Positions 27,050 to 37,749 of a stretch of 64,000 nt of DNA are shown in pieces (the stretch's first letter is position 1; each line of letters begins with the position of its first letter). The position numbers and the translations under genes are program-made. This DNA comes from an uncultured Methylopila sp. GTDB taxonomy: Bacteria; Pseudomonadota; Alphaproteobacteria; Rhizobiales; Methylopilaceae. The notes beneath the pieces were generated by a model. The model ran no database searches. It worked only from the letters and a program-made list of their open reading frames with translations, and was not told where the DNA came from. The stretch spans positions 1 through 64,000 of the forward strand of contig CABHPB010000141.1 of NCBI GenBank assembly GCA_902168115.1. The letters are read 5' to 3'.

Positions 27050-28318
27050 ATGCGTCATCTCCGCGTCACGCGAATACCGTCCTGCCGCACAATCACGGGT
27101 GCGCACATGATCTACGCGATGGCTCAGGCCGCAGCGCCGGACCGATTCTTCGACGGCTTCGAGGATAGGGGACGGCTGCAGGCGCACGGGCTCTACGACC
27201 GCATCCGGCAGTTTCGATCCGGCGGAGACGCCGATCTCGCCGTCCTCGTGTCCGATCTCCTCGCCCGCGCCGACCGCGCCCTGCAGCGCGGCCCCTACTC
27301 CGTGACGCACAAGACCGCGACGCCGCCGAGCGGCGACAAGCGCGACTACATGCACCTCGCGCCCTATTACTGGCCGAATCCGGACACGCCCGACGGGCTT
27401 CCCTATGTGCGCCGTGACGGCCGCCGCGCGCCGGGCACCATGCTCAACGGAGAGCAGAGCGAGCTCTACGACCGCACGCGCGTGCAGAACCTGTTCGACG
27501 ACAGCTACGTCCTGTGCCTCGCCTGGCGCTTCAAGCCGCGGCCGGCCTATCTCGACCACGCCGCCTCGCTGCTCGAGACGTTCTTCGTCGATCCCGAGAC
27601 GCGGATGCGGCCGCATCTGCGCTACGCCCAGATCCGCCCGGGCCACAACAGGAACATCGGGCCCTGCTCCGGCCTGATCGAGCTCAAGGACTTCTTCTAC
27701 TACCTGGACGCCGTGCGCCTGATGGCTTCCGAAGGCGCGCTGGAGCCTCCGACGCTCGCCGCCTTCAACCACTGGCTCGCCGACTATCTCGACTGGCTGC
27801 TGCGCTCCTCGCAGGGACAGGGGGAAGCGCGGGCGACCAACAATCACGGCGTCTATTATGATCTCCAGGTCGCGGCCATCGCGGCCTTTCTCGGCTGGAC
27901 CGACGTGGTCGAGGACGCGCTGCGGCGCGCGAGGCGGCGGCTGCCGGCGCATTTCGACGCCGACGGCGCGCAGCCGCAGGAGCTCGATCGGGCCGAAACA
28001 GAGCATTACTGCTGCTTCAACCTGCAGGGCTGGATCAACCTCGCGGAGCTTGCCGAGCAGTACGGCGAGGACCTGTGGTCCTACGAGGCGGTCAACGGCG
28101 CGAACCTGAAGACGGCGGCGGTCTGGCTGCTGGACGAGTCGGCCGGGTCGTGGGGACACGCGCAGTCGCAGCCGTTCGAGGCCGAGCGCATCCTGCCGAT
28201 CTGGGCCGCCGCGAGCGAGCGTCTGGATCCGGCCCCGAAACGCCCTGCGAGGCTGCCGCGGCTGTTCCACGCCAAGCCGATGCTGTCGCAGGGCGTGCGC
28301 CCGTTTTGGCAGATCTGA
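27050..28318 (+). CDS. Alginate-lyase-family (polysaccharide-lyase-like) protein with no obvious signal peptide.
   Basis: The protein contains HLAPYYWPNPDTPDGLPYVRRDG and WL..DYLDWLL. Possible starts are 27026 (GTG), 27050 (ATG) and 27107 (ATG), so the start is uncertain. The printed line 27001 also looks offset by one base relative to the track. Confidence 0.6.
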   Translation: MRHLRVTRIPSCRTITGAHMIYAMAQAAAPDRFFDGFEDRGRLQAHGLYDRIRQFRSGGDADLAVLVSDLLARADRALQRGPYSVTHKTATPPSGDKRDYMHLAPYYWPNPDTPDGLPYVRRDGRRAPGTMLNGEQSELYDRTRVQNLFDDSYVLCLAWRFKPRPAYLDHAASLLETFFVDPETRMRPHLRYAQIRPGHNRNIGPCSGLIELKDFFYYLDAVRLMASEGALEPPTLAAFNHWLADYLDWLLRSSQGQGEARATNNHGVYYDLQVAAIAAFLGWTDVVEDALRRARRRLPAHFDADGAQPQELDRAETEHYCCFNLQGWINLAELAEQYGEDLWSYEAVNGANLKTAAVWLLDESAGSWGHAQSQPFEAERILPIWAAASERLDPAPKRPARLPRLFHAKPMLSQGVRPFWQI

Positions 28319-28345
28319 GGATCTGACCAGTTCGACAAAGAAAAA

Positions 28346-28367
28346 GGCCCCGGATTTCGCCGGGGCC
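28346..28367. terminator. Bidirectional rho-independent terminator serving both the alginate-lyase gene and groEL.
   Basis: The stem is ggccccgg-atttcg-ccggggcc. It is flanked by AAAAA on the plus side and TTCTTCATTTT on the minus side. Confidence 0.65.
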
Positions 28368-28394
28368 TTCTTCATTTTCTGGAGCCGGACTTCC

Positions 28395-30110
<1,716 letters not shown>

Positions 30111-30119
30111 TCAGGAGTG

Positions 30120-30407
30120 TCAGACGATCACGCCCATGATGTCCGACTCCTTCATGATCAGCAGCTCTTCGCCGTCGATCTTGACTTCGGTGCCGGACCA
30201 CTTGCCGAACAGGATCTTGTCGCCGGCCTTGACGTCGAGCGCGACGATCTTGCCGGAGTCGTCACGGGCGCCGGGGCCCACGGCGACGACTTCGCCTTCC
30301 TGCGGCTTCTCCTTGGCGGTGTCCGGGATGATGATCCCGCCCTTGGACTTCTCTTCGGCGGTGAGGCGGCGGACGACCACGCGGTCGTGCAGCGGACGGA
30401 AGCTCAT
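30120..30407 (-). CDS. groS: Co-chaperonin GroES.
   Basis: It starts [15 protein letters not shown] and contains [13 protein letters not shown]. The protein is 95 aa. Confidence 0.95.
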   Translation of the reverse strand: MSFRPLHDRVVVRRLTAEEKSKGGIIIPDTAKEKPQEGEVVAVGPGARDDSGKIVALDVKAGDKILFGKWSGTEVKIDGEELLIMKESDIMGVIV

Positions 30408-30485
30408 AGGGTCAAATCCTCTCGCGCGGTGCGCTGATTTGCTTGGCGTTGCACATATCGCGACGGGCCGAGGCCGTCACGACTG

Positions 30486-30512
30486 TTAGCACTCCCTTTT
30501 CAGGAGTGCCAA
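30486..30512 (-). promoter_or_regulatory. CIRCE element (HrcA operator) in the groESL leader.
   Basis: The minus strand reads TTGGCACTC-N9-GAGTGCTAA. A sigma70-like TTGACT-N17-TATCTC lies upstream at about 30522-30550. Confidence 0.85.
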
Positions 30513-30546
30513 AGCGCCCGCGAGATACGATCGACCCCTGGCCGAG

Positions 30547-31509
30547 TCAAGATTGGCCGAGCGCGAAGGACCGCGTTTTTTCGGCCGAAACCGCCAGCGC
30601 GTCGAACCATCGCCGGGCCGAGGCGGCCACGCGTTCGCCGCGCGTCATCGGCGCCGGGCGACGCCCCAGCAAGTGGTCGATCAGAAGGTTGAGAGGCGGC
30701 TCCTTCACGGCCGAGCGCGCCACCTCCTCGACCATGGCGCGCATGTCCGAGGGTCGGGTCTGCCGCACGTCGGCGTCGCCCGAGCGGCGATAGGCCCGCC
30801 TGATCCGCTCGCGGATCTCGGTCCGGTCCATGCCGTGGCACATGAAATGGAAGGCCGTGCCGTGGGTCGCGCCGGCGACGACGCGATGGACGACGTTCGA
30901 CCCGCGCAGGCGCGCCGCCTCGGCCCTGTCGACCTCCGCGTCCCGCGCGAACACGATCTCGACCACGAGGTTCGGATGCGAGCCGGCGCTCGACACGTCG
31001 CCGTGGCGGCGCAGGTCCCGCATCAGCCGGGGCTTGGCGGAGCCGCGCCGCTCAAGCCGGCGATAGCTGCTGAAGTACAGCGACGGATTGTGCGGGAACA
31101 GCCTCACCTGCGGCGAGAAGGCGAGTGCATGGAACGTCCGCGATGGACGCCGCCGGGCGCACAGCCGGGCGACAGACAGGGCGCCGAAGCCGCCCTTGCT
31201 CGAGCCGGCGAACAGGACGCGCTCATAGCCCTCGCGCTCGACGAAGCGCAGGATCTCGCGCGCCAGTCCGTCGGCGTCCTTCAGGAAGTAGCGAAGCTCC
31301 GGATCGGCCACGTAGAGCGCGTCGCGGCCGAAGTCGTGCCGGTACAGCGCGAAGCGGCGCCCGGAGGAGAACGCGACCACCAGGTCCCGGCTCGGCCGCG
31401 TGCCCCGCTTCAGCGCGAATTCGTATCCGTCGACCGCGATCTCTGCGCCGCTCGCCCTCGCCTTCTCGAACCACTTTCTGCGCACGCGCATGCTCCATGC
31501 CAATAACAC
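30547..31509 (-). CDS. Hypothetical protein with a possible alpha/beta-hydrolase fold.
   Basis: A GxSxG-like motif occurs in LFAGSSKGGFGAL. The ORF is 320 aa with an unclear RBS. Confidence 0.5.
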   Translation of the reverse strand: MLLAWSMRVRRKWFEKARASGAEIAVDGYEFALKRGTRPSRDLVVAFSSGRRFALYRHDFGRDALYVADPELRYFLKDADGLAREILRFVEREGYERVLFAGSSKGGFGALSVARLCARRRPSRTFHALAFSPQVRLFPHNPSLYFSSYRRLERRGSAKPRLMRDLRRHGDVSSAGSHPNLVVEIVFARDAEVDRAEAARLRGSNVVHRVVAGATHGTAFHFMCHGMDRTEIRERIRRAYRRSGDADVRQTRPSDMRAMVEEVARSAVKEPPLNLLIDHLLGRRPAPMTRGERVAASARRWFDALAVSAEKTRSFALGQS

Positions 31510-31613
31510 ACAAAAACCATAGAATTAATGACGCCGCAATCTTTTCGATCGTCGCAGGCGACCCTGCGCGGAGACCGCGCTATTCCCATGTCGCGCGCGG
31601 CCGGAGCCGATCA

Positions 31614-31632
31614 GTTGTTGCAATGCAGCAAC
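31614..31632. promoter_or_regulatory. Imperfect palindrome GTTGTTGCAATGCAGCAAC upstream of marR, a candidate MarR operator.
   Basis: It is 16/19 symmetric and lies about 105 nt upstream of the marR ATG. Confidence 0.3.
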
Positions 31633-31737
31633 GCCGGCTTCGGAACGTGCGCGCAATGGTGGAATAAGCCCTCCGAGCGCCCGACGGCGGCGTCCGGTCG
31701 CTTGATTCCGCGCGACGTCTTCGCAAGACTTGTCGCC

Positions 31738-32175
31738 ATGCCGTCGCGCGAAGAAATCGTCGACATCCACAACATGTGCGCCTGTTCGCACATCCGGATG
31801 GCGTCACGCGCGGTGACGCGCTTCTACGACGAGGCGCTGCGCTCGTCCGGCCTGAAAGGGACGCAGTTCGTGCTGCTGGCCGCGATCGAGGCCGGCGAGG
31901 CCGCGTCGATCACCGATCTCGCCGAGCTCATCGACATCGAGCGCACGACGCTGGTCCGCAACCTCCAGCTTCTGCGCAAGGAAGGCCTGGTCGCGCCGGA
32001 AAAGGGCATGAACGGCCGCCAGCGGCCGACGCTCACCAAGCAGGGCGTCGAGACCCTCGAGGCGGCGCTGCCGCTCTGGCGCCAGGCCCAGAGCGAGATC
32101 GAGGAGCGCCTCGGCTACGGTTCCTGGCAGGTCACCCGGCGGCGTCTGGGCGAGCTTCGGAAGGCGGTCGGCTGA
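31738..32175 (+). CDS. MarR-family transcriptional regulator.
   Basis: It has a wHTH (GLKGTQFVLLAAIEAGEAASITDLAELIDIERTTLVRNLQLLRKEGLV). The start was trimmed from the 215-aa track ORF to the MPSREE ATG at 31738. Confidence 0.8.
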   Translation: MPSREEIVDIHNMCACSHIRMASRAVTRFYDEALRSSGLKGTQFVLLAAIEAGEAASITDLAELIDIERTTLVRNLQLLRKEGLVAPEKGMNGRQRPTLTKQGVETLEAALPLWRQAQSEIEERLGYGSWQVTRRRLGELRKAVG

Positions 32176-32680
32176 CCTCCTCGCCGGCGACCGCGCCTGT
32201 CGCGATCGGCCGGGAGAACCTGACCTCCACCGCATCCGATCCGTCGTGCCGCCCCTTGACGCCCGGGTCCTTCACGAATCCCTGCCGCTCGAGGAAGTCG
32301 ATGGCCTCAGTGAGGCGCGTGTCGACCCACACGCCGAGCGCCGATCCGCCCGACGCCGCGGCGAAGGCGTCGGCGCCGGCGAGCAGGGCGGTGGCGAGGC
32401 CGAGACCGCGCTGCTCGCGGTCGAGCCCGATCAAGGCGAGATCGAACTCCTCGGGCCGCGCGCCGCGGTAGACGCCGAGCGCGCCGACCGCCTCCTGACC
32501 GCTCGTCACCAGCCACAGCCGGCCGTCGCGCTCGGCGAAGGCGCTGGCCGGCCGGTCGAGCGAAGGGCGGCCGGCCGCCTCGACCGCGCCGTCCGGCTGG
32601 CCCTGCGCGACGGACCGCACGAGCGTCGCCAGCGCGCCGGCGTCGTCGTCCCTGGCTTCCCTGACGATCAGGTCGCTCAT
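32132..32680 (-). CDS. GNAT-family N-acetyltransferase.
   Basis: The acetyl-CoA-binding motif RGLGLATALL is present. The start is at the MSDLIVREARDDDAG ATG at 32680. The 3' end overlaps the convergent marR gene by 44 nt. Confidence 0.65.
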   Translation of the reverse strand: MSDLIVREARDDDAGALATLVRSVAQGQPDGAVEAAGRPSLDRPASAFAERDGRLWLVTSGQEAVGALGVYRGARPEEFDLALIGLDREQRGLGLATALLAGADAFAAASGGSALGVWVDTRLTEAIDFLERQGFVKDPGVKGRHDGSDAVEVRFSRPIATGAVAGEEVSRPPSEARPDAAG

Positions 32681-32830
32681 CTGTGTTCGACTTTCCGAAT
32701 GCGACGTCGATAAGAAACGTCGGCGCCCACGCAACTTCATATGGATCGATGATCGTCAAAAGCGATCTTTCGCACGCGGCGGCGCGATCTACATGAGGCT
32801 GCGGGGACGCGTAGAACCGGCGGCGAGACC

Positions 32831-33202
32831 ATGCGCACACCTGACTCCAGTCATCCGATCTCCATCCACCCGGTCGCGGGCCGCGTCGTCGTCAGGGCGG
32901 GCGAAACCGTTCTTGTCTCGACGAGCGACGCGCTCGAGCTGCGCGAGGCGTCCTACCCGCCGGTCCTCTACCTGCCGCGGTCGGACGCGCGGATGGACCT
33001 GCTCGTGCCGAGCGCGCTGCGCACCACGTGCCCCTACAAGGGCGAGGCGAGCTATTTCAGCCTGAACGCGGTGGGCTCGACGGCGAAGGACGCGGTCTGG
33101 AGCTACGAGCGGCCCTACCCCGCGGTCAGCGAGATCGCGGGGCGGCTCGCCTTCTATCCGCAGCATGTGAAGATCGAGGTCGCGCCGGAGGAACGGCGCT
33201 AA
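32831..33202 (+). CDS. DUF427 domain protein.
   Basis: It contains YPPVLYLPRSD, TTCPYKGEASYFSL, WSYERPYP and LAFYPQHV. Confidence 0.7.
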   Translation: MRTPDSSHPISIHPVAGRVVVRAGETVLVSTSDALELREASYPPVLYLPRSDARMDLLVPSALRTTCPYKGEASYFSLNAVGSTAKDAVWSYERPYPAVSEIAGRLAFYPQHVKIEVAPEERR

Positions 33203-33391
33203 CCTTCGCCGATGCAAAATGGCGACATGGGCGCCGAAATCGCCTAACCGTGAAGCAGGGACGCAACGTCGCCCTCGTATAGCCAGAGAGGCGGGCAACC
33301 GTTCGCGGCATCAGTGCGTTAACGCCGGCCGGCAGGGTCGGCCGACGGATCCCGAACGGGGCTCGTCGCGGGGGTTCGAGGAGTTCCTGAA

Positions 33392-34294
33392 GTGACATTG
33401 GTGCGCGCATTCGCATGGGCCATCGTGGGCGGCGCGCTCGCGCTCGGCCTCGCAGGGCCGGCCTCGGCCCAGATGCTGTCGTCTCCCGCGGAAATCGCAG
33501 CGCCGCGCGAGGCGCTGCCGCAGACCGTCCAGACCTACCAGCGCTATGACGACGAGGATTACGGCGCGCCGCGGCGCTATGGCCGTCGCGCCTATTCCGA
33601 GGACATGTTCGACGACGAGGGCGGCGGCTACTACCGCGACCTGCCCCGTCGCGCGCCGACCGTCCGCCGCTACCGGTCGGCCGAGGACTACCAGTACGAG
33701 GTCGAGCCGAGGACCTACGGCCGTGGCCGGCGCTACTACAGCGATCGCGAATACGAGTACGAATCGGTCGACCCGGAAATCCGCAGCGCCCCGCGCCGGC
33801 TCGCCGGGCCGCCCTCCGCGCTCGGCGCGAGCGAGGGCCGCCGCACCGTCGATCCCAAGTTCGCGCGCACGACCGTGCGCTACAGCGGCGGCGAGCCGGC
33901 GAACTCCATCGTGATCGACACCCGCACCCGCTACCTCTACCTCATCCAGGGCGACGGCACGGCGATCCGCTACGGCGTCGGCGTCGGAAAGGAAGGCTTC
34001 ACCTGGAAGGGCGTGAACAAGATCTCCGCCAAGCGCGAGTGGCCGGACTGGTACCCGCCGGCCGAAATGCGCGAGCGCCGGCCCGAGCTCCCGGTGATGA
34101 TGGCCGGCGGCCCCGACAACCCGCTCGGCGCCCGGGCGCTCTACCTCGGCAGCACGCTCTACCGGATCCATGGCTCCAACGAGCCCTGGACGATCGGCCA
34201 CGCCGTCTCGTCGGGCTGCATCCGCATGACGAACGACGACGTGACGGACCTCTACGACCGCGTGAACGTCGGCACCACCGTCAAGGTGATGTGA
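33392..34294 (+). CDS. L,D-transpeptidase (YkuD domain) with a signal peptide and a Tyr/Arg/Asp-rich linker.
   Basis: The YkuD catalytic region is present (YRIHGSNEPWTIGHAVSSGCIRMTNDDVTDLY). A Sec signal is present. Confidence 0.8.
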   Translation: MTLVRAFAWAIVGGALALGLAGPASAQMLSSPAEIAAPREALPQTVQTYQRYDDEDYGAPRRYGRRAYSEDMFDDEGGGYYRDLPRRAPTVRRYRSAEDYQYEVEPRTYGRGRRYYSDREYEYESVDPEIRSAPRRLAGPPSALGASEGRRTVDPKFARTTVRYSGGEPANSIVIDTRTRYLYLIQGDGTAIRYGVGVGKEGFTWKGVNKISAKREWPDWYPPAEMRERRPELPVMMAGGPDNPLGARALYLGSTLYRIHGSNEPWTIGHAVSSGCIRMTNDDVTDLYDRVNVGTTVKVM

Positions 34295-34473
34295 CCTCCG
34301 GAGGCCATCGGCGCGCTGGCGCAGGCGGCCTTTACGGTGGGGTCTGGCATGCCATAAGTCCTAATACGCGTTAAGAAATTTTCATTTTTTCGCGTCATAT
34401 TCCGGCAACCACGAAACCCCGACCCGCCTCGCGCGTTGTGAGGCGGGTCGCGTTACCGCCGGAGTACCGAGTT

Positions 34474-34836
34474 ATGGCGCCATTTCGTGTTCTGATCCTC
34501 GAGGACGACGCTGTCCTCGCTCTCGATCTCGCCACCATCGTCGCCTGCTGGACCGACGCCGACATCACGTCCTGCCGCTCGATCGCGCAGGCGAAGAAGG
34601 CGCTCGTGGCCAAGTTCGACTTCGCGCTGCTCGACATCGACGTCCTGGACGGGAAGTCCTACGAGCTCGCCGAGACGCTGAAGGAGCGCAAGTTGCCCTT
34701 CGCCTTCGTCTCCGGCTCGGACTCGAACGACCGGCCCGAGGCGCTGAGGGACGCGGCCTTCATCTCCAAGCCATACATGCAGCGCGAGATCGAGAAGATT
34801 GTCTCGTCCGCGGCCGGCGCGCGACGGCACCCCTGA
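34474..34836 (+). CDS. Single-domain response regulator (CheY-like receiver).
   Basis: It has the acidic pocket LILEDD, the phospho-acceptor in ALLDIDVLDG, and the conserved Lys in ISKP. The start was trimmed to the ATG at 34474. Confidence 0.75.
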   Translation: MAPFRVLILEDDAVLALDLATIVACWTDADITSCRSIAQAKKALVAKFDFALLDIDVLDGKSYELAETLKERKLPFAFVSGSDSNDRPEALRDAAFISKPYMQREIEKIVSSAAGARRHP

Positions 34837-34947
34837 CGGCTTTGGGGGTCAGTCCCGGCTGGATCGGCTTCTTTCTGTCGAGCGCGCCGCCGTCAAAGTC
34901 GCGGATACGCGCGCTAAAGCGCGGGCATGACGGCTGTCGGAAAAGCT

Positions 34948-36771
34948 CTACCCGGCGACCGCCTCGATCCGGCGACCCGGATCGCCGGCGCCGAACTGGA
35001 GCTCCGCGAGCCGCGCATAGAGCCCTCGCCGCGCGACGAGCTCGGTATGCGAGCCCTGCTCGACGATGCGCCCGCCGTCCATGACGAGGATGCGGTCGGC
35101 CGCGAGCACGGTCGCGAGGCGATGCGCGATCACGAGCGTGGTGCGCCCGGCGGCGGTCGCGGCGAGCGCTTCCTGCACCAGCGTCTCGCTCTCGGCGTCG
35201 AGCGCAGAGGTCGCCTCGTCGAGCAGCAGCACCCGCGCGTCCTTCAGCAAAGCGCGGGCGAGCGCGATGCGCTGGCGCTGTCCGCCGGAGAGCGTCACGC
35301 CACGCTCGCCGAGCGGCGTGTCGTAGCCCTGCGGCAGCGCGGCGATGAACCGGTCGGCGCCGGCGAGGCGCGCGGCCGCCTCGACCTCGGAGCGCTCCGC
35401 TTCGGGCAGGCCGAAGGCGATGTTGTCGAACGCGCTCGCCGCGAACAGCACCGGGTCCTGCGGCACGAAGGCGATCCGCGCCCGCACCCCGGCGAGCGAG
35501 GCTTCCCGGAGGTCGACGCCGTCGAGCGTGACGCGCCCGGAGGCCGGGTCATAGAACCGTAAGGCGAGCTGGAACAGCGTGCTCTTGCCGGCCCCGGACG
35601 GCCCGACGATCGCGACCGTCTCGCCGACGGAGGCCTTGAAGCTCAAATCCTCGACCGCCGCCGTCTCGCCGCCCGGATAGGCGAAGCTGACATGCTCGAA
35701 GGCGAGCGCGCCGCGCGAGGGCTCGGGCAGCGGCTTCGGATGGACCGGGCTCGAGACCGCAGGCGGGATCCGCAGCAGTTCGCCGAGCCGCTCCGCCGAG
35801 CCGGCCGCCTGACTGATCTCGCCCCAGACGTTCGACAGCTCGCCGATCGCGGCGGCGGCGAACACGGCGTAGAGCACGAACTGGCCGAGCTGGCCGGCCG
35901 ACATCTGGCCGGCGAGCACGGCGTTCGCGCCGTACCACAGCACGCCGACGACGCTCGCGAAGATGAGGAAGATCGCGACCGCGGTCAGGATCGCGCGGGC
36001 GGTGATGGAGCTTGCGGCCGAACGGTAGGCGCGCTCGACGGCGACGAAGAAGCGGCCGGCGACGACGCCTTCGGCGTTGAACGCCTGGACGGTGCGCATG
36101 GCGCCGATCGCCTCGCCGGCGAGCGCGGAAGCGTCGGCGAGCGTGTCCTGCGCCTGCCGCGAGCGGCGGCGCACCGAGCGCCCGAAGCCCGCGAGCGGCA
36201 GCACGATGACGGGAATCGCGACCAGCACGCAGGCCGAGAGCTTGGGGCTCGTCACGACCATCATCACGGCCGCGCCGAGGAACAGGAACAGGTTGCGCAG
36301 CGCCTGGCTCGCGGTCGCGCCGAAGGCCGACTTGATCTGTGTGGTGTCGGCGGTCAGCCGCGAGACGATCTCGCCGGAGCGCTGGCCGTCGTAGAAGGCC
36401 GGGGTGAGCTCGGTGAGATGGCGGAAGACGGCGTTGCGCAGATCCGCGACCACGCGCTCGCCGAGCGTCGTCACGAACCAGTAGCGGGCGGCGCTGGCGA
36501 AGGCGAGCACGCTCACCACCGCGAGCATCGCCGCGAAATACTGGTTCACCATGCCCGGGTGTTCGGCCGAGAAGCCGAAGTCGATCAGCCGGCGGATCGC
36601 GACCGGAATGGCGAGCGTGGCAGCCGAGGCGACGGCGAGCGCGATCAGCGCGCCGACCACACGGCCCTTGTGCGCCAGCGCGAATGGCCGCAGCGCGGCG
36701 AGCGGCTTCAGCGAGCGCGACGGCGCGGCGTCGTCGCGGCCAGGTTCAGCGGCGCGGCTGCGGCGGGCCAT
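34948..36771 (-). CDS. ABC transporter, fused permease/ATPase (MsbA/ABCB-type exporter).
   Basis: It has a six-TM domain followed by Walker A GPSGAGKST, the signature LSGGQRQR, and Walker B LLLDEATSALD. The protein is 607 aa. Confidence 0.85.
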   Translation of the reverse strand: MARRSRAAEPGRDDAAPSRSLKPLAALRPFALAHKGRVVGALIALAVASAATLAIPVAIRRLIDFGFSAEHPGMVNQYFAAMLAVVSVLAFASAARYWFVTTLGERVVADLRNAVFRHLTELTPAFYDGQRSGEIVSRLTADTTQIKSAFGATASQALRNLFLFLGAAVMMVVTSPKLSACVLVAIPVIVLPLAGFGRSVRRRSRQAQDTLADASALAGEAIGAMRTVQAFNAEGVVAGRFFVAVERAYRSAASSITARAILTAVAIFLIFASVVGVLWYGANAVLAGQMSAGQLGQFVLYAVFAAAAIGELSNVWGEISQAAGSAERLGELLRIPPAVSSPVHPKPLPEPSRGALAFEHVSFAYPGGETAAVEDLSFKASVGETVAIVGPSGAGKSTLFQLALRFYDPASGRVTLDGVDLREASLAGVRARIAFVPQDPVLFAASAFDNIAFGLPEAERSEVEAAARLAGADRFIAALPQGYDTPLGERGVTLSGGQRQRIALARALLKDARVLLLDEATSALDAESETLVQEALAATAAGRTTLVIAHRLATVLAADRILVMDGGRIVEQGSHTELVARRGLYARLAELQFGAGDPGRRIEAVAG

Positions 36772-36977
36772 CGGGAGCCTTGGTCATAACGCTTCCAGAG
36801 AACATGCGCGGGGTTATGCCTTGCGGAGCCTGCAATCTCCACCCCGCCTTTCGCGGCGCATCGGCGCGGCGGTTGTCCGAAGCGTCCGATTGAGCTATAG
36901 GCTCGCGCCTCACGCCATTTTCGCACCTTCGCCGCGCGGGACGCGCCGACGCGACCGAGAAGCTGATAGAGACCGCC

Positions 36978-37211
36978 ATGAAGGCCGACATCCATCCCGA
37001 CTACCACGTCATCAAGGTCGTCATGACCGACGGGACCGAGTACGAGACCCGCTCCACCTGGGGCAAGGCCGGCGACACGCTGCAGCTCGACATCGACCCG
37101 AAGACCCATCCGGCCTGGACCGGCGGCACGGCGCAGCTGACCGACCGTGGCGGCCGTCTGTCGCGCTTCAACAAGAAGTTCGCGAACTTCGGCGTCGCCA
37201 CCAAGCAGTGA
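36978..37211 (+). CDS. rpmE: 50S ribosomal protein L31.
   Basis: It starts [10 protein letters not shown]. The protein is 77 aa. Confidence 0.9.
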   Translation: MKADIHPDYHVIKVVMTDGTEYETRSTWGKAGDTLQLDIDPKTHPAWTGGTAQLTDRGGRLSRFNKKFANFGVATKQ

Positions 37212-37281
37212 CGCCTCCTCGCTTCGCGAAACGCTTCGCCCCGGCCCTCGCGGCCGGGGTTTTCGTTTGAGGAGCCGCGCG

Positions 37282-37650
37282 ATGGCCCGACGGATCGCGA
37301 TGGGGATCGTGCTGCTGGCGCTGATCGCGCTCGGCGTCTCGATCTGGCGCTTCAACGCCGCGCGCGACGCCGGTCCGCCATTGTCGGGCGAAGCGCGCGC
37401 CGGCTTCCTCAAATCGGCGGTCGACGGGTGCGTCGCCCTGCAGAAGGCGAGCCCCGACAACGCGTCCGTGCCGCCGGAGACTATCACCGCCTATTGCACA
37501 TGCTACGCCGACGCGATGGCCTCCCGCGTCACCGCCGGCGACCTCGACCGGCTCCGCGGCAAGCAGCCCGCGGACATGCAGGCCGAGATGCGGCCGAAGA
37601 TGGAGCAGGCCGAGCAGAGCTGCCTCGCCAGGATCGACGAGGCGAAGTGA
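37282..37650 (+). CDS. Hypothetical membrane-anchored protein of 122 aa.
   Basis: It has an N-terminal TM helix (MARRIAMGIVLLALIALGV). GAGGAG lies upstream of the ATG at 37282. The track ORF starts earlier at 37147. Confidence 0.5.
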   Translation: MARRIAMGIVLLALIALGVSIWRFNAARDAGPPLSGEARAGFLKSAVDGCVALQKASPDNASVPPETITAYCTCYADAMASRVTAGDLDRLRGKQPADMQAEMRPKMEQAEQSCLARIDEAK

Positions 37651-37749
37651 GCCGCCCGGCATTGCGGGCCGACCCTCGCGATGCGGGCGCGACGCTCGCC
37701 GCCCGCTCCTCCTGCTTCGCAGACAAGACGTCCCGACGGCGATCGGGCG

